Of a DNA stretch of 64,000 bases, positions 27,231 through 35,063 are shown piece after piece. The DNA comes from a virus, in the IMG/VR virus record IMGVR_UViG_3300044970_002549, positions 1 through 64,000 of that record, one strand, 5' to 3'. Every line of letters starts with the position of its first letter. Position 1 is the stretch's first letter. Below the pieces are notes generated by a model. The model was given only the letters and a program-made list of their open reading frames with translations, did not search any database and was not told where the DNA came from. Position numbers and translations under genes: made by a program.

Positions 27231-27458
27231 ATGGCAGCATTTAGTTTCTACGAGTTCACGGAGGAGGAGGTTATCGCCTTCGTTCGCGCTCTGGTGCGCG
27301 GCGGGGACTTTGCTATTGGGCTTTCGTCAGGTGAGGCCATAGAGCGCGCCATAGACATCATTGACGAGCCGCACAAGTGGTCGCGTGAGATGACGGCGTG
27401 GCGAGCTGCCGGCTCACCATACACCTACACCTACATCAAAGAGGGCTTGACGGACTAG
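27231..27458 (+). CDS. Hypothetical early protein
   Basis: ORF track with RBS. Confidence 0.5.
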   Translation: MAAFSFYEFTEEEVIAFVRALVRGGDFAIGLSSGEAIERAIDIIDEPHKWSREMTAWRAAGSPYTYTYIKEGLTD

Positions 27459-27475
27459 TCTGGCGGCTGTAAGGT
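27447..27475 (+). promoter_or_regulatory. Sigma70-type promoter
   Basis: TTGACG-17-TAAGGT; leader hairpin GTCGGGGCTTCCCGAT. Confidence 0.65.
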
Positions 27476-27518
27476 GATGGTGTCGGGGCTTCCCGATAGA
27501 CACAGAGAGGAGTAAGAG

Positions 27519-27761
27519 ATGGACGAAGGGTTTGAGCAATCGGTCGAGATTCCGTTCAGCAAGTTCTATGTTGCGGTAGCGCGCAAGGTTGAGGCCAAGT
27601 GCGGCCTGACCCCTGACGACCTTCCGGACATTGACTTCCGAGCGTTCTATTTGGAGCGCGGTACGATTGAGGAGTACCGAGCAGCAATCGCGGAGTGCGT
27701 GTATGCCGTACTCGAAGGCGCAGGGTATCCCTTCGCTGATGAGGACGAGTACTACGCATGA
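27519..27761 (+). CDS. Hypothetical early protein
   Basis: GAGGAG RBS; GLTPDDLPDIDF. Confidence 0.6.
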   Translation: MDEGFEQSVEIPFSKFYVAVARKVEAKCGLTPDDLPDIDFRAFYLERGTIEEYRAAIAECVYAVLEGAGYPFADEDEYYA

Positions 27762-27979
27762 CTTCGATTTCCCGCAAGAGTGGTCGCTCGTGGAGTCAGT
27801 TCTCCGCTCGTACAAAGGCCGAGTACCTTCGGGAGTCGGCAGCGTGGGAGCGTGAGCAGCGGCGTAGGCTATACATCAAGGGTGCGGTAGTAGTGGTTGC
27901 GTTTGCGGCCTTCGTACTCTTGGTGCTAGGATTCGGCGGCACGAGCGATTTCGTGCCTGATGTGAGAGAGGTGGAGTGA
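27758..27979 (+). CDS. Small membrane protein
   Basis: ATGA overlap; one hydrophobic helix. Confidence 0.55.
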   Translation: MTSISRKSGRSWSQFSARTKAEYLRESAAWEREQRRRLYIKGAVVVVAFAAFVLLVLGFGGTSDFVPDVREVE

Positions 27980-28239
27980 TGAGAGCAGAGGAACTATACG
28001 AGATTGGCGACGCAGGGTATCTGCGCGTGGACTTGCGCGACGATCTTTGGGTTGCGCTGATGACGCAGGACGGAGTGAACTTCGGCGGTACGCTCTGGAG
28101 GGTATCTGATGGTCAGTACTACTCCGAAGGCTGTACGGCAGGGTATCCTGTGTTTTGTTTCGCTATGACTTCGGACGAGGCAGCTCGGCAGGTTGCGCTC
28201 TATATTGCGATGGAGTCGGGAGCCGAGGCTCTGCTGTAA
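27976..28239 (+). CDS. Hypothetical early protein
   Basis: GTGA overlap; GGAG RBS. Confidence 0.55.
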   Translation: MMRAEELYEIGDAGYLRVDLRDDLWVALMTQDGVNFGGTLWRVSDGQYYSEGCTAGYPVFCFAMTSDEAARQVALYIAMESGAEALL

Positions 28240-28242
28240 GAC

Positions 28243-28271
28243 TTGACGCGGCCTATCTGGTCGTTTAGAAT
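28243..28271 (+). promoter_or_regulatory. Sigma70-type promoter (cassette 1)
   Basis: TTGACG-17-TAGAAT; same GTCGGGGCTTCCCGAT leader hairpin as at ~27481. Confidence 0.75.
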
Positions 28272-28315
28272 CGAGGAGTCGGGGCTTCCCGATAAGGCAC
28301 AGCAAGGAGGAGATA

Positions 28316-28738
28316 ATGTCGGAAGCGTTTAGGGTCAATGTGAACGAGCAGGGCGAGTCATGGGTCGAGCGCATCGCATGGGGCGACAAGTCCGGCCTAT
28401 CAGAGCACTACGCGGCGATTGGCTGCGAGCTCGTCCAAGTCGCAGGGTCGGGTGCGTTTGGCGGCGTTCCTGTGATTGTGTTCGTAGATGAGGAAGGCCT
28501 GTATCGTGAGCCTGTCCTGTTCAATCGTGTGGTGTGCGACTTCGTAGCCGAGGCCACCGATTCGGCTCCTGCGTACATGATGGGCGGCGGCCTTGTGGGT
28601 CGTGCGCTTGTCTTGTTTGATAGCGGCAGCGATTCTCGCGGATTCACCAAAGAGGAAGCCGATAGAATCAGCGCGCAGCTCGAACACGGCGGCTATCCTA
28701 CGCTCTCAATGTTCAGGGAGGACGAGCCGCTAGCGTAG
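28316..28738 (+). CDS. DUF3846-like protein
   Basis: IGCELVQV...VFVDEEGL...N...LVGRALV. Confidence 0.65.
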   Translation: MSEAFRVNVNEQGESWVERIAWGDKSGLSEHYAAIGCELVQVAGSGAFGGVPVIVFVDEEGLYREPVLFNRVVCDFVAEATDSAPAYMMGGGLVGRALVLFDSGSDSRGFTKEEADRISAQLEHGGYPTLSMFREDEPLA

Positions 28739-28756
28739 CGCGTCCCTATTGACTAC

Positions 28757-28795
28757 GAGGCCGTCGGTGTCTGTGCCACCGGCGGCCTCACTTTA
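28757..28795 (+). terminator. Intrinsic terminator with GTCTGTGCC loop region
   Basis: GAGGCCGTCGGTG...CACCGGCGGCCTC followed by ACTTT. Confidence 0.7.
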
Positions 28796-28906
28796 TCCGC
28801 TCATCATTATCAGGCCGCTATTATCAGACCCCCTACCATAGCCCCCCCCCCATACCCCACGCCCCATCGCTACCGGTAGGCCGTGCCTCTGGTCGAAACT
28901 GGGGGC

Positions 28907-28935
28907 TTGACGAACGGCACAGGAGGCTCTACCTT
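28907..28935 (+). promoter_or_regulatory. Cassette promoter
   Basis: TTGACG-17-TACCTT. Confidence 0.65.
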
Positions 28936-28982
28936 GTATGAGTTGGCACTTGCTAACAGCACAGGCACAGGAGGAGGAACAG

Positions 28983-29414
28983 ATGAAAGACCTGACGACA
29001 CCAGCGCAGAAGTGGCTGCGGGAGTTTCTCGGAACACAGGCCGTAGGGACTTGCCCTACTTGCCGACAGGCTCTGCCAGAAGGCTCGTGCTTTCGGGCGT
29101 TCGTTCGCTACGGCGACGGCGATGACCTTGTGGCCTACACCAAGACTCGCGGTGAGGCTCTGGCCGTCCTGATCGGTTGGCGCGATGACGAGTGCGGCGA
29201 TTCGTTCTGGGCTGATCGAGCAGACACTTGGAGCACCCTAAGCGTCGCGCAAGCGGTTGCTTTGGAGCACGCACCGGCGGCTCTGATCGTTGCTGCCGAT
29301 GCTGACGAGAAGGTCTACGATGAACTCTTGGCCGCAGTCGAGTATGACTTCATCGGCACACCGCTTGTCGGTGCTGTCTGGGTGGACGACCTTACGGCAT
29401 ACTCCGGCAAGTAG
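28983..29414 (+). CDS. Hypothetical cassette protein
   Basis: GGAGGAGG RBS; CPTC. Confidence 0.65.
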   Translation: MKDLTTPAQKWLREFLGTQAVGTCPTCRQALPEGSCFRAFVRYGDGDDLVAYTKTRGEALAVLIGWRDDECGDSFWADRADTWSTLSVAQAVALEHAPAALIVAADADEKVYDELLAAVEYDFIGTPLVGAVWVDDLTAYSGK

Positions 29415-29431
29415 TCCGCTCGATTTTCTAC

Positions 29432-29470
29432 GAGGCCACTCCCCATCTGTGCGGGGGGTGGCCTCTTTCT
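29432..29470 (+). terminator. Intrinsic terminator with TCTGTGC loop region
   Basis: GAGGCCACTCCCC...GGGGGGTGGCCTC followed by TTTCT. Confidence 0.7.
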
Positions 29471-29603
29471 ATTCCCTGAGCTTTACGCGGTCATCATTAG
29501 GCCGTCATTATGCGCTGGCTATTATGCGACCCCTTACCCCACACCCCGACACCCCAGACCCCAGCGGTCGCGGTGCGCGCTCCGAAACTCCGCAGCGGGG
29601 GGC

Positions 29604-29632
29604 TTGACGCTAGGCCTCGGTGGGTGTACCTT
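29604..29632 (+). promoter_or_regulatory. Cassette promoter
   Basis: TTGACG-17-TACCTT. Confidence 0.65.
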
Positions 29633-29681
29633 CGATGTGTTGGGTGGCTATGCTCCCCCGACTAGCACAGAGGAGAACCAG

Positions 29682-30143
29682 ATGAAGGGGATGACCTACG
29701 AGCAAGCGCGCGAGGTGTGCGCCAAGTTGGGCGGGATGTTCTCCGTCCTGACCGCGTGGTCTGCGCCGACCACCCCGAAGGAGTTCGACCGCCGCAAGGA
29801 GAGCGCGGCGAGCCGTGAGGCCGAGCATCGTCCTATCGGGCGCGTCCAGACGACGGGCGAGCAAGTGGTAGACGACAAGGGGCGCGTTTCCTTTATGTAT
29901 CGAGTATCGGGTCAAGTGAATCGGGACGAGCACCCAGAGGGCGTATACCTGACCAAGAAGGGAGAGCCTTGCGTTGATGTCGTCATCTCCGCTCCAACGG
30001 AGTACGGCTACACGACTGCTTGCAAGTACGCGGGAGTCGTCGGCTCGGCGTGTGAGCGTCGTCGCCCGTTCCACTCCCACCGCACTATCAACCTGACGCG
30101 GCTCGTGTCGTGGATGGTGTCGGGAGAGGAGCAGGTGCGCTAG
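29682..30143 (+). CDS. Hypothetical cassette protein, paralog A (of 34549..35001)
   Basis: GAGGAG RBS; shares long identical blocks with paralog B. Confidence 0.75.
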   Translation: MKGMTYEQAREVCAKLGGMFSVLTAWSAPTTPKEFDRRKESAASREAEHRPIGRVQTTGEQVVDDKGRVSFMYRVSGQVNRDEHPEGVYLTKKGEPCVDVVISAPTEYGYTTACKYAGVVGSACERRRPFHSHRTINLTRLVSWMVSGEEQVR

Positions 30144-30162
30144 GCCTCGCTTCGATTCGACC

Positions 30163-30205
30163 AGAGCACCCCGTCGGGCTTCGGCTTGGCGGGGTGTTCT
30201 ATTGT
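30163..30205 (+). terminator. Intrinsic terminator (cUUCGg loop)
   Basis: AGAGCACCCCGTCGGGC-TTCG-GCTTGGCGGGGTGTTCT. Confidence 0.75.
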
Positions 30206-30423
30206 CCGGTGTTTATCATCACGCCGTCATTACTCGACCCCCTACCCCGTCCCCCCACCCCCCGCTCCCTCATCTCACTCTGTCGTGTCGTTTGATTCTG
30301 TCGAGCTGCTAGTCATCAGGTCATCATCACAGGGCTATTAGGCGACCCCCCATACGACCCCCGCACCCCCCTTACCCCATTGCTGGATCGGTCGAGTGCT
30401 ACCGCTCTGGCTCGTCTTGGCTC

Positions 30424-30452
30424 TTGACGGATTGACCGCTGCCGGCAATACT
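30424..30452 (+). promoter_or_regulatory. Cassette promoter
   Basis: TTGACG-17-AATACT. Confidence 0.6.
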
Positions 30453-30500
30453 CGAAGTGTCGGGCGGCTCTGATCTGCTCGACTAGCACAGGAGGAACCT

Positions 30501-30890
30501 ATGTATAGGTTCATCGTATTCGTAAGGCGCGTGGTTGATGGCGTCGAGGATGCCGTAGGCGACACGCTGACCGCTGCCGGCCCTGACTGGGCGTACGACA
30601 AGACAGAGGCTGTCGCTACCGACGGCGGCTATCCTGAACCGATGGCTCACTCGGTCGCTCGCGGGATGACCCAGGCTGCGTATGCGCTGCTCGGTGGTCT
30701 GGACTTCTTTGTCCAAGAGTACGACGCTGAGGATGTCGCGGCAGGGTCGCTGACCCCAGAGGATAAGGAGATGGCGGCGGCTATCTCACTCGGCCTCCTC
30801 CCATCTGACGGATCGGTAGCCTTCGTCTCTGGTCTGGTCAATCGAGCAGACGCCAAGCCCTTCTGGTTCGTGGTCGCGGTTCACGACTAG
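30501..30890 (+). CDS. Acidic hypothetical cassette protein
   Basis: TAGCACAGGAGG RBS. Confidence 0.7.
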   Translation: MYRFIVFVRRVVDGVEDAVGDTLTAAGPDWAYDKTEAVATDGGYPEPMAHSVARGMTQAAYALLGGLDFFVQEYDAEDVAAGSLTPEDKEMAAAISLGLLPSDGSVAFVSGLVNRADAKPFWFVVAVHD

Positions 30891-30910
30891 CCGTACCGGT
30901 TGCGGTCATC

Positions 30911-30950
30911 GAATCCGTCTCACCCTTCGGGGTGGGGCGGATTCTTTTAT
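30911..30950 (+). terminator. Intrinsic terminator (cUUCGg loop)
   Basis: GAATCCGTCTCACCC-TTCG-GGGTGGGGCGGATTC-TTTT. Confidence 0.8.
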
Positions 30951-31062
30951 GCCGTCATTATCAGCGCGCTATTATGCGACCCCTAGCACCCCTGACCCCG
31001 CTCCCCCTTACCCCTTACGCTCTGGCGTGTCGCATGTCTGGCGCGCAGCTCGGCTGCTGCTA

Positions 31063-31092
31063 TTGACTTGACCGCGCCCGGCCGTATAGACT
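31063..31092 (+). promoter_or_regulatory. Cassette promoter
   Basis: TTGACT-18-TAGACT. Confidence 0.65.
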
Positions 31093-31143
31093 CATGGAAG
31101 TCGAGGGAGTAGGCACAGACCCCTCTCGGCACAGGAGGTCAAG

Positions 31144-31485
31144 ATGACCGAGCAAAAGAAGGCGACCCTCTGGGTTGTCGAGGTGGTATGGAACGGCGAG
31201 CCTCATCGTTCGTTCTATGAGGATCGGGAGGAGGCAATCGCTGGGCTGGTGAGCCTAGCGGACTTTCTGGCTGACTTCACCAGAACCAACAAGACAGGCA
31301 GGGCAACCAATCGGGACTTGGAGACCGCTACGGAGTTTCTGCTAGATGATGACCGCTCGTCATGGGTTGATTGTTTGGAGATTACCGAGTCTGGCATTTG
31401 CCCAAGGTGCGAGGCGATGGTCGGCTGGTCTGGCGGCTACTGCGAGCCGTGCGGCTACGAGTTCGGGAATCAACTGAACGACTAA
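31144..31485 (+). CDS. Cassette protein with C-terminal zinc ribbon
   Basis: CPRC...CEPCGY; AGGAGG RBS. Confidence 0.7.
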   Translation: MTEQKKATLWVVEVVWNGEPHRSFYEDREEAIAGLVSLADFLADFTRTNKTGRATNRDLETATEFLLDDDRSSWVDCLEITESGICPRCEAMVGWSGGYCEPCGYEFGNQLND

Positions 31486-31507
31486 CGCGGCCGGGCGAAG
31501 GCAACAG

Positions 31508-31540
31508 GAAGCCGTCCCCTTCGGGGGGCGGTTTTTTGTT
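31508..31540 (+). terminator. Intrinsic terminator (cUUCGg loop)
   Basis: AAGCCGTCCCC-TTCG-GGGGGCGGTTTTTT. Confidence 0.8.
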
Positions 31541-31752
31541 AGTCCTATTAGGTCATCACATCACCCCCTACCCCAGCCCCCCCTTACCCCTAGAATCTCA
31601 CGGCTTCCGATACGGCCGGTCGGAGTCAATAGTCGCAGCTCATCATTAGTCATCATCATCACGCTATTACTTGACCCCCCATACCCCAGCGAGTCCGTTT
31701 CCCCTTGCCCCATCTGGTCGTTGCGTCTGGTGCGCCATCTGCTAGGTGGGGC

Positions 31753-31781
31753 TTGACGTTGCCCGCACTTCGAACTAGTCT
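31753..31781 (+). promoter_or_regulatory. Cassette promoter
   Basis: TTGACG-17-TAGTCT. Confidence 0.65.
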
Positions 31782-31829
31782 GGTGAGGTCGCAGGCTGGC
31801 ACAGACCCGAAGCGACACAGGAGGTCTAG

Positions 31830-32324
31830 ATGTTCACGGAAACGAACGCAGATCGGCTCGTCGAGGTACGGGCAGCAATCAAGACAGCGATGGACTCCCT
31901 CACCGAGAAGGAGTTCGCCGCAGCAGCAGAGAGCAACACGGAAGCCGGTGGTGCTAGCCACCTCGTCGTCGTCCCTGCTGCTTTCTGGAATGACCACACC
32001 AGCCGCGACCTTGACTCGGTTTCGGTCGAGGTGCGGTCATCAAGCGCGGAGTGGGGACTCTATGATGACGGCTCCTATGTCGTCCTGATGATGACTGACG
32101 ACTCGCTCGCCGAGTTGGTGTCTGACTCAGCGTACTACTCCACTTCGTTTGATGAGGAGGACTACGGCTCACTCATGGAGTCGGCACGCCGTACCTTTCT
32201 CGCCTTGATGATCCAGTCGTCGGCTGCGCGTAGCCTGTTGGACTCGCGCACTTCCTACGACAACCTGCGCTGGGCGTTGGGCTTGGAGCGAACCGATGCC
32301 GCAATCATCACTGGTGCGGCATGA
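31830..32324 (+). CDS. Hypothetical cassette protein
   Basis: AGGAGG RBS; VPAAFWNDH.SRDL...ELVSDSAYY...SARRT. Confidence 0.7.
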   Translation: MFTETNADRLVEVRAAIKTAMDSLTEKEFAAAAESNTEAGGASHLVVVPAAFWNDHTSRDLDSVSVEVRSSSAEWGLYDDGSYVVLMMTDDSLAELVSDSAYYSTSFDEEDYGSLMESARRTFLALMIQSSAARSLLDSRTSYDNLRWALGLERTDAAIITGAA

Positions 32325-32551
32325 CTGCCGATGACCGCACTTCGACCTGCTCCGATTGCGAGCAGGTGCTAGGAGACTCGGCATGGTACGCCGACAACAA
32401 CGGCGGACTCGGGCTGCTGATGTATTGCGACGGCTGCGAGGAGCGAAGGTCTGAACGCTATGGTTGCGCTCTCATCATCGCGGAGGGTTGCGGCTGCGTT
32501 CCGAGTGGTGCCGATTGCGCCTGTGGTTGCGGGGGTTCTGGGCAACTCTGA
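32321..32551 (+). CDS. Cys-rich microprotein
   Basis: ATGA overlap; CSDC, CDGC, CACGC. Confidence 0.55.
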   Translation: MTADDRTSTCSDCEQVLGDSAWYADNNGGLGLLMYCDGCEERRSERYGCALIIAEGCGCVPSGADCACGCGGSGQL

Positions 32552-32578
32552 ACCGCTGACCGCACTTCGACCTAGACT

Positions 32579-32614
32579 CGCCCTCACTCTTTCGGGAGTG
32601 GGGGCGGTTCTTTT
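32579..32614 (+). terminator. Intrinsic terminator (UUCG loop)
   Basis: CGCCCTCACTCT-TTCG-GGAGTGGGGGCG-GTTCTTTT. Confidence 0.75.
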
Positions 32615-32910
32615 CCCCGGGGTTTAGATAGGGCCATCATCAGGCAACGCCTACCCCGACCCCCCACCCCATTCGTCAGGCTTGTTTATCAGGTCGTTCA
32701 TCGGGGGTGTGCTGATACCCCCTAGCCCCAGTTCGTCGCTCTCCGTCGTTCCTACGGGGTCGTTTTTCTGGCGCGCAGCTGCGACCACGCTCACTCACCT
32801 CATTATCGAGCCACAGTCATCAGGTCATCATTGATCCCCTATACCCCACCAGCCATACACCGCCCCCCTTCCCCCCTTGCCCCTTTGGCGTTGCGTCTGG
32901 TGCGACCCCC

Positions 32911-32939
32911 TTGTATTGCGGCCGTGCCTGTTGTACCTT
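32911..32939 (+). promoter_or_regulatory. Cassette promoter
   Basis: TTGTAT-17-TACCTT; GTCGG..CCGAC leader plus TAGCACAGGAGG. Confidence 0.55.
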
Positions 32940-32988
32940 TCAGATGTCGGGAGGCAAATGACCTGCCGACTAGCACAGGAGGTCAGAG

Positions 32989-33342
32989 ATGACCAAGGAA
33001 GAACTGATCCAGCTACTTCGGGAGAAGCCCGACGCAATGCGAGCCCTGAACGGCGACGGCCATGGGCTCTACGCGCCAGAGTGGTACACCGAGGTCGGCT
33101 GGCCTTCGGAGATGATCAGCCGGCTCAATGTCGTCCATACCAGCGACGGCACGACGAAGGGCTCCATGTGGGATCACGAAGGCAACATCATCGCGGAACA
33201 GCGAGCTGTGTATTCGCTGGACTTCCATGAGGCCGTTGCCAGCATCGTCGGCACCACCGCGCATCACAGCATGTTCGGTCGGGGTTCGGCCGCACGCGCC
33301 ATCGCCATCGAGGTCAGGGCAATCGTGGAGGTTGGAGCATGA
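32989..33342 (+). CDS. Hypothetical cassette protein
   Basis: AGGAGG RBS; DGHGLY...HTSDGT.KG...FGRGSAAR. Confidence 0.7.
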   Translation: MTKEELIQLLREKPDAMRALNGDGHGLYAPEWYTEVGWPSEMISRLNVVHTSDGTTKGSMWDHEGNIIAEQRAVYSLDFHEAVASIVGTTAHHSMFGRGSAARAIAIEVRAIVEVGA

Positions 33343-33447
33343 TGGAACTCATCGGTGAGGCAATCAGCGTTGCGACCTTCCTAGTGGCCGTGATTCTGTT
33401 CTTGGGTTGGAACTCAATGGTCTAGCCCAGTCCAGCTCGGAGAATCC

Positions 33448-33485
33448 GATGACCCCTCTGCCTTCGGGTAGGGGGGTCATCATTT
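33448..33485 (+). terminator. Intrinsic terminator (cUUCGg loop)
   Basis: GATGACCCCTCTGCC-TTCG-GGTAGGGGGGTCATC. Confidence 0.7.
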
Positions 33486-33617
33486 ATGGCTATTCATCAG
33501 GTCATCATTATCAGGTCATAGTGCGACCCCTTACCCCATAGTCCGTGCCGTTCCCCTTGCCCCTGTCTGCTACTGGTTCTTGGGCAGCTGCGATCTGTTG
33601 CGCCTGGTGCGTAGTGC

Positions 33618-33646
33618 TTGCGCTTTTTGGTTGATGTGTTTAGACT
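33618..33646 (+). promoter_or_regulatory. Cassette promoter
   Basis: TTGCGC-17-TAGACT. Confidence 0.6.
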
Positions 33647-33691
33647 CTAACTATCGGCGGCAATGCTTCGCTGATAGCACAGGAGGAAACT

Positions 33692-34204
33692 ATGAACGGC
33701 AAGGGCAAAACCGGCGCACAGGCAGCAGTCGCACGAGCCGAGGCGTTGGCTCGGTATCCAGAGAATCCAACGGCGGTGATGATCCGACCGATTGAGAGCC
33801 TCTATGGTCAAGTGTTCGCGGAGCCGACGAGCGCGATGCTCTCGGTCTTTCTTGCGCCTCGCGTTGAGATCGCATTGGAGCAGGGCGACCTCTGGCGGCA
33901 GCCTGTGAGGGTTGTACGCAAGGTGAACGAGTCAGAGATGACCTTCACCGCCGTCCTCATCGGTAGGGCAGCGCCAGAGAACGAGGCGATCCTCTGGCAG
34001 GGTGGCAACGCCCCAATGATGGGGTGGCTCCCTCTGGACGTCGCAGACTTCGCTGATGATCACGATGTGGCGTGGTGGATCGCGTCCTGCTACGACGCTT
34101 CTAGCGGGGACGCTTATGCGCTCCATCGTCAGGCAGTCCGCAACATCACCACGAAGGCACGCGCCGCCTACGAAGCGCAGAACGGAGAGTCCGCTCCCTT
34201 CTGA
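33692..34204 (+). CDS. Hypothetical cassette protein
   Basis: TAGCACAGGAGG RBS. Confidence 0.7.
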   Translation: MNGKGKTGAQAAVARAEALARYPENPTAVMIRPIESLYGQVFAEPTSAMLSVFLAPRVEIALEQGDLWRQPVRVVRKVNESEMTFTAVLIGRAAPENEAILWQGGNAPMMGWLPLDVADFADDHDVAWWIASCYDASSGDAYALHRQAVRNITTKARAAYEAQNGESAPF

Positions 34205-34227
34205 TCAAGTCCGGCGACAGGGCAACG

Positions 34228-34260
34228 GAGCCGATCCCTTCGGGGGTCGGCTCTTTTGTT
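34228..34260 (+). terminator. Intrinsic terminator (cUUCGg loop)
   Basis: GAGCCGATCCC-TTCG-GGGGTCGGCTC-TTTTG. Confidence 0.8.
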
Positions 34261-34548
34261 AGTTCATCATCAGTTCATCATCAGAGGCCAGTCGCACCCC
34301 TTACCCCTAGCCCCGAGTCTTGGCTCGGTCTGATCGAAGCGTGGGCAATCGTCGCAGCTTACGCGGTTATCATTAGGTCAGTCATTACTCATGAGCCAGT
34401 AGGCGACCCCTCTACCCCTTACCCCTCTGGATAGGGCGAGTCCGGCGCAAGGGCAACCCGCACCGCCTACCCCTTGCGCTGCCCTGTTCTGTGGTAGGCT
34501 TTGGTTGTCGGGGGAAGGCACAGACCCGAACCGACAAAGGAGGAAACG

Positions 34549-35001
34549 ATGAAGGCAGGTATGACCTTCGCAGCCGCAAGGGCGGCAGCAGCAAAGAGCG
34601 GCGGTATGTTCGTCGTTCTTACTGGGTGGAGCGCGCCGACCACGGACAAATGCCGGGAGAAGCGACGCGAAGCGGCAGCAGGGCGAGCCGCCGAACACCG
34701 CGCCATCGGGCGCGTGAAGGTGGAAGCCACAGCCGAGAACGGCGTGGTGCTGTTCCGCGTTGCGGGTCAGGTGAACCGCGACCAGTACCCAGAAGGCGTG
34801 TACCTCAACAAGAAAGGCGAGCCTTGCGTTGGCATCGTCATCGGAGCCCCGACCGAGTACGGCTACACGACCGCGTGTCCGTATGCAGGGAAGGCAGGAA
34901 GCGCATGCGAGAACCGCAGACCCTTCCACGCGCACCGCACCATCAACCTCACGCGCCTAGTGGCGTGGGAGATTGCAGGAGAGCAGCAGCCCCTCGGCTG
35001 A
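34549..35001 (+). CDS. Hypothetical cassette protein, paralog B (of 29682..30143)
   Basis: AAAGGAGG RBS; GGMF.VLT.WSAPTT, GQVNRD..PEGVYL.KKGEPCV, APTEYGYTTAC, RRPFH.HRTINLTRLV shared with paralog A. Confidence 0.75.
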   Translation: MKAGMTFAAARAAAAKSGGMFVVLTGWSAPTTDKCREKRREAAAGRAAEHRAIGRVKVEATAENGVVLFRVAGQVNRDQYPEGVYLNKKGEPCVGIVIGAPTEYGYTTACPYAGKAGSACENRRPFHAHRTINLTRLVAWEIAGEQQPLG

Positions 35002-35020
35002 CCGCCCGCCAGATTTTGTA

Positions 35021-35063
35021 GAGAGCGCACCCTCCGCCCTTCGGGGTGGGGGGTGTTCTCTTT
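35021..35063 (+). terminator. Intrinsic terminator ending the early region
   Basis: GAGAGCGCACCCTCCGCCC-TTCG-GGGTGGGGGGTGTTCTC-TTT. Confidence 0.75.
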
